From assembly GCA_964607485.1 (NCBI GenBank), contig CAZSKP010000006.1, forward strand, positions 75,344-139,343: DNA of 64,000 nt, read 5' to 3'. Below are positions 56,615 through 64,000 of this stretch, piece by piece. Position 1 is the first letter of the stretch; each line of letters starts with the position of its first letter. The notes under the pieces are model-generated. The model was not told the origin of the DNA. It worked only from the letters and a program-made list of their open reading frames with translations, and ran no database searches. The DNA is from an uncultured bacterium (GTDB lineage Bacteria > Abyssobacteria > SURF-5). Position numbers and translations under genes: made by a program.

Positions 56615-57703
56615 TTGACACCGAGTTCTCATAAAATCTCCCGTTCCCGTTTCTTGAGCACGATGTCGGGCGAGACGCTGGCGTTTCTCGCGCTGCTCGT
56701 TTCGATAATACTCGCGGGATTCAACAGCGGCAACAACCTGCTTTACCTGATTGCCTGCGTCATGCTGGGGAGCGTGTTCGTCTCGCTGGTCGCAGGCCGC
56801 GTCAATCTTTCGCGCCTCGAGGTGAGGAGGCGGCTGCCGACGTACGTCTTCGCCGGCCATCCGTTCAGGACGCGCTTGGAGATATTCAATAAGAAAAAGC
56901 ATTTTCACTCGTTCGGAATCAATCTCGAGGGCGCGGCCGGGGGCGACGGACATCTGTTCTTCGTATCGATTGCGAACGAGGGCAGCCGGGCGCGCGAGAC
57001 GGAGGTCGTGCTCAGAAGGAGGGGGCTGCATAAGTTTCCTCCGATGACGTTGAGCTCGAAGTTTCCGTGGGGTTTGTTCAACTTGAGGAAACGAACTTCC
57101 GACCGGCAGGAGGTCATTGTTTATCCGCACATCTACGACCTCGGCAGGATGGTGCCCGGCTCGGGCTACATCCGGGACGAATTTCCCCAGCATCTCAAGG
57201 GGCCGGGGAGCGGCTTGTACGGCGTGCGCGAATACCGGCACGGGGAAGATGGGGCGAGAATTTGTTGGAAGCTCTCGGCAAAGCTGGACAGGTTGATAGT
57301 GAGAGAGACCGAGTTAGAGGAAAAGCGAAGGGTGTGCATCGTATTCGACAATGCGCTGAAAGAGCGTTCCAAGGAGGCGCTCGGTGCGTTCGAGCGCGCC
57401 GTGAGCGCCGCGGCCTCGCTCGTGTGGTTTCTGTGCAGGAGCGGGTACTCCGTCAAGCTTGTCACGCGCGGCAACGTCGTTGCTTATGGAGATGGACTCG
57501 ATCACATGCACCGGATGCTCATCGCTCTGGCGCTGCTCGAGGCGGCCGCGTCCGACGATGAAGGTCCCTTGGCGGATAAGCGCATGTTCGAAGGAGGCAC
57601 CGGCCTGCTTGTCGGCTGCGCAGACGGAGCTGCCGAGATTCGCTCGGTTGACGGCGATTTCGCGCTGGCGATCCCCGAAAGAACCCGGGTTGACGAAGCA
57701 TGA
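56615..57703 (+). CDS. DUF58 domain protein
   Basis: NSGNNLLYL, SKFPWGL, REYRHGED..ICWKLSAK; follows moxR. Confidence 0.88.
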   Translation: MTPSSHKISRSRFLSTMSGETLAFLALLVSIILAGFNSGNNLLYLIACVMLGSVFVSLVAGRVNLSRLEVRRRLPTYVFAGHPFRTRLEIFNKKKHFHSFGINLEGAAGGDGHLFFVSIANEGSRARETEVVLRRRGLHKFPPMTLSSKFPWGLFNLRKRTSDRQEVIVYPHIYDLGRMVPGSGYIRDEFPQHLKGPGSGLYGVREYRHGEDGARICWKLSAKLDRLIVRETELEEKRRVCIVFDNALKERSKEALGAFERAVSAAASLVWFLCRSGYSVKLVTRGNVVAYGDGLDHMHRMLIALALLEAAASDDEGPLADKRMFEGGTGLLVGCADGAAEIRSVDGDFALAIPERTRVDEA

Positions 57704-59985
57704 AAGCACAGACGCATCTCAGAATTTGTGCCTACCTGCTCACGTTGCTGGGGCTGTGGTCGGTCACGATGACGGAGTACTTCTCCTCCATCTGGCCGAT
57801 TGCCGCGACGGCTATGGTTGCAGCCGGCTGGTTCTATGAAGGGCCGCACAAACATCGACGCGCGTACCGACGAGTATGGATGGCGCTGAGCATTTGCATG
57901 CTGTTGTTTTTCCCCTTCGACGTGACCCTCGTCGGCAGTCTGCTGCTTTCCGCTGTACACCTGTCAATGTTCGCCCAGGCGTATCTCCTCTTCAGTCCGA
58001 AGACAATCGGCTCCTATCGCCGGATGTTTGTGGTAAGCTTCGCCCAACTGCTCGCCTCGTCCAATCTCACGTCCGACGTCGTATTTGCCGCCGTTCTGAC
58101 CGCATATTGCATCACGGCGATTTACGGCGTGTTGCTCATGTACCTGCAGCGCGGCTTGGAGACATCGGACGACGCGGATGCCTCACCGCTCGACGAACAG
58201 AATGTGCCACATGGCCTGTTCGGCTCGTCGGTCGTATGGGCCACGATTCTGCTTCCGCTGACTCTGGCGTTTTTCTACAGTGCTCCACGCCTGCAATACG
58301 CGGTAATCGCCCGCGGAAGCACCGTGGATGCGCTGAGTCGGATGAACCGCGTGAGGCAGCAGACCGGGTTCACAAAGACCGTGCAGTTGGGAACCTTCGG
58401 GCGAATTCAGGAAGATAACACGCTCGCTTTGCGAGTCGAAATTCCGCCCGACTCGCCGGCAAGGAAGCACCCGCTCAGATGGCGGGGCGGCGCAGTGAAC
58501 ATTTACGACGGTATGACCTGGAGCTCGAGCAGAGACTACTTTTCTTATTACAACGGCAAGAGATGGAGCACGGGAGGCAAGAATGTAGGGCTGATATATC
58601 CGCGGAAGAACGACCTCTTCATAATGGACGAACAGTACACCGACTATGGAAACGCCGGGCAGTTGGACGCCGACCCGCAGCTCTTGAAGCAAGTGTTTTA
58701 CCTGGAGGTTCCCTTCTCCGAAAGCATTTTCGGAGCCGACCATATCGAGGCGATCGAAGGTCCCTTCACGTATGGGCTCGTGCAGGATTTCAATCGGTCG
58801 TTCTACATAAATAACAGGCAGGCCCTTCCCGAACTCATCAGCTACACGGTTTATTCGACCGTCTATGAGCCGGACGAGGCCGAGCTCAGAAAGGTGCGCC
58901 CCGAAGAGTTCGAAGCATTGATAGAGAACGAAGAGTACGGCTCCTACGTCAAGGCTCATTACTTGCAGCTACCCACCAGCCTGAACCCGAGCATCAGAGA
59001 ACTGGCGCTGGACATTACCAAAAACGCCGACACACCATACGACAAGGTGAAGGCGATCAAAGACTATCTGGAAACACGATACACTTACAGTCTCGACCTC
59101 GGCAAACCCATCACGGATGACCCGCTCTATGATTTTCTCTTTGTCAGCCGAAGCGGACACTGCGAGTATTTCGCCACAGCAATGGCGATAATGACCCGCG
59201 TCGTCGGCATGCCCGCTCGACTGGCAAGAGGATTCCAGGCGGGCGAGTGGAATGAAGCCGGCGGGTTCTACGAAGTGCGTCAACGCGATGCGCACGCATG
59301 GGTCGAGGTGTATTTCCCCGGCCACGGCTGGGTTTCGTTCGACCCCTCACCGCGCGAAGCCGCCGACGAATACTTCGAGGCCCAACGCTCGTTCATCGCG
59401 CGCGCTCTTTCCAAGAGGCTCATGCTGTTACAGGTACAATGGCGCAAGTACATCGTCGGTTACAACGAAGTCCGGAGACTGCGCCTGTTTGCCGAGCTGA
59501 AAGACCTGATATTCCGAGACGCGCCGAAGGCTGTGGTCGCACTGCCGGGCAAACTGGTGAGGATGATTTGGAATTTGACCGGCGTTCAATGGCTTATGCT
59601 CATGGCAATTGCCGCAATCCTGACTGCGGCCGTGTTGGCATACAGAAGGAGTGGCATGCTCCCCGCCTTTTCATGGGCGATGAGGCGGTCAAAATCCCGC
59701 ATATATGGCACCGCCTTTTACGAACGAATGCTGAGCTTGTTGGAGAAGAGGAAGATTGTGAAGCCCTCCGATTGGACGCCGCTTGAATTTCTCGGCTTCC
59801 CCGCTCTGCGCGAGCATCCAATGGTAACCGACATTGAAGCGCTGACTTCCATATATTATCGCGTGCGATTTGGGGGCGAAATCCTCGCAGAAAATGAGAC
59901 CGCCAGCGTCAACGATATCCTCAAACGCCTCAAGCAATCAAACGGCCGAATTCACCGCCGCGAGCCCACCACAGAGAGAATCTGA
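57700..59985 (+). CDS. TgpA-like membrane transglutaminase (DUF3488 + Transglut_core + DUF4129)
   Basis: GHCEYFATAM, DAHAWVEV, FDPSP triad; N-terminal TMs; YYRVRFG. Confidence 0.9.
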   Translation: MKAQTHLRICAYLLTLLGLWSVTMTEYFSSIWPIAATAMVAAGWFYEGPHKHRRAYRRVWMALSICMLLFFPFDVTLVGSLLLSAVHLSMFAQAYLLFSPKTIGSYRRMFVVSFAQLLASSNLTSDVVFAAVLTAYCITAIYGVLLMYLQRGLETSDDADASPLDEQNVPHGLFGSSVVWATILLPLTLAFFYSAPRLQYAVIARGSTVDALSRMNRVRQQTGFTKTVQLGTFGRIQEDNTLALRVEIPPDSPARKHPLRWRGGAVNIYDGMTWSSSRDYFSYYNGKRWSTGGKNVGLIYPRKNDLFIMDEQYTDYGNAGQLDADPQLLKQVFYLEVPFSESIFGADHIEAIEGPFTYGLVQDFNRSFYINNRQALPELISYTVYSTVYEPDEAELRKVRPEEFEALIENEEYGSYVKAHYLQLPTSLNPSIRELALDITKNADTPYDKVKAIKDYLETRYTYSLDLGKPITDDPLYDFLFVSRSGHCEYFATAMAIMTRVVGMPARLARGFQAGEWNEAGGFYEVRQRDAHAWVEVYFPGHGWVSFDPSPREAADEYFEAQRSFIARALSKRLMLLQVQWRKYIVGYNEVRRLRLFAELKDLIFRDAPKAVVALPGKLVRMIWNLTGVQWLMLMAIAAILTAAVLAYRRSGMLPAFSWAMRRSKSRIYGTAFYERMLSLLEKRKIVKPSDWTPLEFLGFPALREHPMVTDIEALTSIYYRVRFGGEILAENETASVNDILKRLKQSNGRIHRREPTTERI

Positions 59986-60151
59986 ACGCCCTATCCGCCC
60001 CGCTGCCCGAGAAAGGTTTTCGCCACAGCCATTTACAGAGGAGAACCGCCGGATTTGCCGCTGCACCGGGCACGCAGGGCGGGGCGGGAGGAATCTGGAG
60101 AATGTGCTGGGCGAAAAGGGGCCCTTCACGCCGACAAATTATCCTCTTGAT

Positions 60152-60180
60152 TTGACATATTTAAAGTCGTATGTTATACT
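60152..60180 (+). promoter_or_regulatory. Promoter of HU/IHF-thiE
   Basis: TTGACA, 17 nt, TATACT with extended TG. Confidence 0.75.
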
Positions 60181-60313
60181 TATGCCGATTCGGGGGATGG
60201 GTTGTCCTTCGAATGATTTCTTGCTGATGCAATATTACATACCTCAAATAAATGGATGTCGGCGACGACGCGTTTCAGGTTCAGGAATTGGATGAGGAAA
60301 GGAGCTCATTCTC

Positions 60314-60610
60314 ATGACGAAAAGGGAGTTGGTAATCGAGGTCGCCAGACAGCTCGGCTTCACACAGAACGACGTGGCGCGGGTGGTCCAGACGGCGTTT
60401 GACGTGATCACCGATTCGCTCGCCCAAGGGAAGCGCCTCGAAATCAGGAACTTCGGTGTGTTCGAGGTAAAGACCCGCGACGCGCGCATCGGCCGCAACC
60501 CGCGGACTGGTGAAGAGGTGCCCATCCCGGAAAAACGCGTCGCCACGTTCAAACCGGGCAAGCTGATTAAGGAGAGGGTGGAGAATTCGCGTCCGGAGCC
60601 TGCCGTGTAG
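60314..60610 (+). CDS. HU/IHF family DNA-binding protein
   Basis: MTKRELV, EIRNFGVF, GRNPRTGEEV, FKPGK. Confidence 0.95.
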   Translation: MTKRELVIEVARQLGFTQNDVARVVQTAFDVITDSLAQGKRLEIRNFGVFEVKTRDARIGRNPRTGEEVPIPEKRVATFKPGKLIKERVENSRPEPAV

Positions 60611-60612
60611 CG

Positions 60613-61329
60613 GTGCGCCGAACTGCTCGGCCACGCGACAGGCTTTCGACAGGATTTTCGGTGTGTGCTGATGTGGCTTCCCGCAAGCCCCGCCCTTCTT
60701 TGGAGTTATACGTAATCATCGACGAAGGCCTCCTCTCTTCGCGGAACATTCGAGAGGTATCCGAACAGGCGATCCGGGGAGGCGCCGACGCAATCCAGTT
60801 TCGCGCGAAACGGCTTTCCAAGCGCGAATACTACGAAAACGCTCTCACCTTACTTCCCATCGCTCGACGATTTAACATTCCTTTCTTCGTGAACGACCAC
60901 CTCGACATCGCGCTCGCCATTTCTGCCGACGGGATACATCTCGGACAGAACGACCTCCCGTGCAGTGCGGCGCGCCGGCTTGTGCCCGAAAGGATGATGC
61001 TGGGCGTCTCCACTCATTCCGTGGAACAGGCCGCCAGGGCTGTCGATGACGGCGCGGACTGTGTCGCCATCGGCCCCGTCTTTCGAACGACCACCAAGGA
61101 GAATCCGGAGGCCATTGTCGGAACGGAAATGGTCGGCACAGTCAAGCGCCGCGTGGGCGCTGTTCCGCTGGTCGCCATCGGAGGCATCAGCACCGGCAAC
61201 GTGGCCGAGGTGATTCGCTCGGGCGCAGACGGCGTGGCGGTGGCTTCAGCCGTCATTCTGGCGGCTGATCCGCTGTTGGCGGCTCGAACGTTGAAAGATC
61301 GGATCCGGTCCCACCTTCGACTGCGTTGA
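60613..61329 (+). CDS. thiE: Thiamine-phosphate synthase (start uncertain)
   Basis: QFRAK, VNDHLD, GIHLGQND, GVSTHS, GPVFRTTTK, VAIGGI. Confidence 0.93.
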   Translation: MRRTARPRDRLSTGFSVCADVASRKPRPSLELYVIIDEGLLSSRNIREVSEQAIRGGADAIQFRAKRLSKREYYENALTLLPIARRFNIPFFVNDHLDIALAISADGIHLGQNDLPCSAARRLVPERMMLGVSTHSVEQAARAVDDGADCVAIGPVFRTTTKENPEAIVGTEMVGTVKRRVGAVPLVAIGGISTGNVAEVIRSGADGVAVASAVILAADPLLAARTLKDRIRSHLRLR

Positions 61330-61511
61330 ACGCAGGACCTTCCTCAGGTTCGCTGAAGCTCATTCATCGCGAGCGTGTTCCGTCAAGGCGATTCGGAAGC
61401 GAGTGGGGCAGGGGAGTTACTTTTTTTCTTGTTGCAATAGGAACATGCCATGCAGTATCGTGTTAGGGCAATTCGCAGCATCGAAACAAGAGTGGAACCG
61501 GAGAAGCTCAT

Positions 61512-62798
61512 ATGAATGAGATACAAGGGCGACGGACGTTCTACGGCTGGTGGATTGTAGCCGCCAGTTCGGTCATCATCTTTCTCGGCACGGGAATACT
61601 GTTCTATTCGTTTAGCGTCTTCGTAAAGCCGCTCCAGGCACAGTTTGGGTGGAGCCGGACCGCGATTTCGGGAGCCGTCGCCGTATGGGCCGTAGTGTAC
61701 GGGTTCGGCGGGCCGCTGGTCGGCGTTCTTCTGCACAAATACGGAGCAAGGCCGGTGCTCATCGGTTCGGCCATTCTCGCTGGAACGAGCTATCTGCTGT
61801 TCGGTTCGCTCCAGGAGCTGCCACAACTTTTCGGGCTGATGTTCTTTGGCGGCGTCGGGGCGGCGGGTGTCACGCTGATCCCGAATCAGACGCTCATCTC
61901 GAACTGGTTCGACAAGTATCGTGGCCGCGCCATGGGATTCATGATGGCGAGCATCGGGCTCGGGGGATTGACGATGCCGCCGTTCGCGAACGCGCTCATC
62001 GTCTGGTTCGGCTGGAGAACGGCGTTCCGCGTGCTCGGTCTCGTGCTGCTTGCCGCAATTATTCCGGTCGCGTTGCTGATGGTACGAACGAGGCCGTCGG
62101 ACTTGGGGCTTGAGCCCGACGGCATCGGGCCCGGAGCCGAAGATGAAACCGCGCCGGACACCTTCCAGAAAACGGGCGGCTTGGGGCTTCCGGTGAAACG
62201 CGCGCTCAACACTTCCTCGTTCTGGCTGCTGTTTGCCGCGTTCGTGCTCTTGATTTTCGGCGAATCGGGGCTTACTGTCCATTTCGTTGCCTTTCTCGAC
62301 GATGAAGGGTTGTCGTCTCAGGCGGCCGCGAACTTTTGGGGATTGGCCGTGGGCGTCAGCGCTGCCGGACGCCTGCTTTTCGGGTTCTTGGCCGACCGGC
62401 GGAATCCGAGAAACCTGATAACGCTGACGCACGGCCTGCATGCGGTGGCCATCGCGGCCATTCTGATTCTCTTCCTGTATCTGGGCATTGCTCCCATGGG
62501 CAGCGTGCTGCCGTTCTCGGTGATCTACGGACTCTCACTCGGCGGTTCTGCCGTGCTGCTGCCGGTGCTCGTCGCGCGCTGTTTCGGATTGCTGAACTTC
62601 AGCAAGTTGCTCGGATTGTTGATGAGCGGATTCGCACTCGGCGTTGTCGGCGGCCCACTCATGGCGGGACGTGTGTTTGATGCCACCGGAAGCTATCAGA
62701 ATGCACTCGCGATTTTCTTGGTCGGCTTCGTCCTTGCCGCCCTCGCCGTCTCCTTCGTTCAGCCCGACGAGTACAAGGACGAATTCGTTCGTTCGTGA
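61512..62798 (+). CDS. MFS transporter (OFA/MCT-like)
   Basis: FYGWWIV, FGWSR, WFDKYRGRAMG, G.LADR, AGRVFDATGSY; 12 TMs. Confidence 0.9.
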   Translation: MNEIQGRRTFYGWWIVAASSVIIFLGTGILFYSFSVFVKPLQAQFGWSRTAISGAVAVWAVVYGFGGPLVGVLLHKYGARPVLIGSAILAGTSYLLFGSLQELPQLFGLMFFGGVGAAGVTLIPNQTLISNWFDKYRGRAMGFMMASIGLGGLTMPPFANALIVWFGWRTAFRVLGLVLLAAIIPVALLMVRTRPSDLGLEPDGIGPGAEDETAPDTFQKTGGLGLPVKRALNTSSFWLLFAAFVLLIFGESGLTVHFVAFLDDEGLSSQAAANFWGLAVGVSAAGRLLFGFLADRRNPRNLITLTHGLHAVAIAAILILFLYLGIAPMGSVLPFSVIYGLSLGGSAVLLPVLVARCFGLLNFSKLLGLLMSGFALGVVGGPLMAGRVFDATGSYQNALAIFLVGFVLAALAVSFVQPDEYKDEFVRS

Positions 62799-62834
62799 AA
62801 GCGCCGGCGTTTCCCAACGCGAAAGGCGAATGCA

Positions 62835-63230
62835 ATGAATAAAAAGACTCAAGCTGCACAGCAGACAGGTTCTCAAGAAAGCCGAGAGGAGTCTAAGGGA
62901 ACCGTTATCTTTATCCGCTCCGACCGCATCGGGAGGGGAGACGAAGAGCTGGGCTTCAACCTGATGATGAATTTTACGTATCACCTGGGCGAGGTCAAGC
63001 CTGCGCCGAACGTTGTGGTCATGATGAACTCCGGCGTCAAGCTTGTGGTCGAGGGCTCGGAGGTTCTTGAAAATCTGGAGCGGCTCGAAAAGAAGGGAGT
63101 GACTATTCTCGCCTGTGGCACCTGTCTGGATTTCTTCAAGCTCAAGGAGCGTCAGAGGGTGGGAAAGGTCTCGAATATGGCCGAGATCACGGGCGCGCTG
63201 CTGAATGCCTCGAAGGTAATCACCGTCTAG
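62835..63230 (+). CDS. YedF/DsrE-like sulfur/selenium relay protein (no TusA domain)
   Basis: IGRGDEELG, MNSGVKL, ACGTCLDF, VGKVSNM. Confidence 0.8.
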   Translation: MNKKTQAAQQTGSQESREESKGTVIFIRSDRIGRGDEELGFNLMMNFTYHLGEVKPAPNVVVMMNSGVKLVVEGSEVLENLERLEKKGVTILACGTCLDFFKLKERQRVGKVSNMAEITGALLNASKVITV

Positions 63231-63279
63231 CCGCTCGATTCGGAAGCTCTGGAGACAGGTAGAAAGCTGATTGCCGAAG

Positions 63280-63705
63280 TCAGAGCAGGCTCGTTCGATT
63301 GCGCCAGAGGTAGATGATTGTCGTCGGCCCGAGGATTAAGCAGACGCCGCAGATGAATAGGGATTCTGCGCTTGCGGCCGAGAGTTCCGTGAAAGTCCCC
63401 TGCTGCAGCGAATACAGCGTGTCCATCAGGCCCAGAAAGATTATCGCGCTTCCCGCCATCAGGCCGAACAACAATCCCCACGAACGTCCCCGGATGAGTC
63501 CCACCGCACAGACAAGACAGCACACGACCATGTAACCGTCGGCCAAGGGAAAAGACTTCTCGTGCGCCAGATAGCCCGGCTCGCCGGACATGGCCACCAT
63601 CCCTGATGTGAAGAACTCGACCCAGAACGCCACGGTGCCCAAAGCGAACAGCGTCAGAATAATTGCCAATACCAGGAACCCCTTCGGATGTGCGGGCGCA
63701 GTCAT
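63280..63705 (-). CDS. Hypothetical 4-TM membrane protein
   Basis: GGAGG SD, hydrophobic helices, HEKSFPLAD motif. Confidence 0.65.
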   Translation of the reverse strand: MTAPAHPKGFLVLAIILTLFALGTVAFWVEFFTSGMVAMSGEPGYLAHEKSFPLADGYMVVCCLVCAVGLIRGRSWGLLFGLMAGSAIIFLGLMDTLYSLQQGTFTELSAASAESLFICGVCLILGPTTIIYLWRNRTSLL

Positions 63706-63777
63706 TGTCTCAGAACCTCCGCGTTGTGGGACATCTACCAGTGCTCTGTCAACTTTCTTAGCTGTCAATTCATTCTC

Positions 63778-63806
63778 GTAGGGGCGCACGGCCGTGCGCC
63801 CCCACG
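63778..63806 (+). repeat. GTAG-type REP palindrome
   Basis: GTA followed by the perfect 22-bp palindrome GGGGCGCACGGCCGTGCGCCCC (63781-63802), intergenic. Confidence 0.75.
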
Positions 63807-63829
63807 CCTGATTCTGCATTGGAAGCCCG

Positions 63830-64000
63830 TTAGAGTCCCCTCTGCTTTCTCACCTTATCAACTGTTCCGTCGAGGAACTTGTCGACCAATGACGGCGCGA
63901 ACCTGTTCGCAATCCTCAACATCTTTCCGGAAAAGCTGGGGATGATGATGAATGAGCCTTTCTCCATGCCGTCCATCGCGGCGCGTGCGACGTCCTCGGG
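63830..64000 (-). CDS. Probable SDR oxidoreductase, C-terminal fragment (5' partial)
   Basis: PEDVARAAMDGMEKGSFIIIP...RFAPSLVD, resembling an SDR C-terminus. Confidence 0.55.
   Translation of the reverse strand, partial: PEDVARAAMDGMEKGSFIIIPSFSGKMLRIANRFAPSLVDKFLDGTVDKVRKQRGL

Noticed and set aside
60181-60700. TPP riboswitch for thiE
   Set aside because: No TPP consensus core seen; thiE directly follows HU/IHF.

Overview
GC-rich bacterial chromosome segment, probably from an anaerobic diderm (inferred from the glycyl-radical activase, Fe-S proteins and secretin). In order it contains: a partial glycyl-radical activating enzyme; tRNA-Lys(CTT), tRNA-Leu(TAG), tig, clpP, clpX, engB; a GT-C glycosyltransferase; a Y1/HUH RAYT-like transposase bracketed by a perfect 19-bp inverted repeat, next to a three-gene AT-richer block that includes an HNH-like protein; archaeal-type aroA'/aroB'; a DUF6125-like protein, a 4Fe-4S protein and a TetR regulator; tatA-tatC-tatB; a ~17.5 kb surface/protein glycosylation locus (WecC, GT2/GT4, Wzx, YfhO, TMTC-like and PMT-like GT-C enzymes, methyltransferases); polX; an LMW phosphatase; a DnaA lacking domains I-II with DnaA boxes upstream; two extra PilB/GspE ATPases; a gspCDEFGHIJKLM type II secretion operon with structured intergenic repeats; mdh-alr-moxR-DUF58-transglutaminase; HU/IHF, thiE, an MFS transporter, a YedF-like protein, a lone GTAG-type REP and a partial SDR. 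The best candidates for something new are the N-terminally truncated DnaA with its box array, the inverted-repeat-bounded HUH transposase with its adjacent cassette-like genes, and the nested tandem-repeat hairpin between gspG and gspH. All product calls come from motif recognition by eye; no searches were run.
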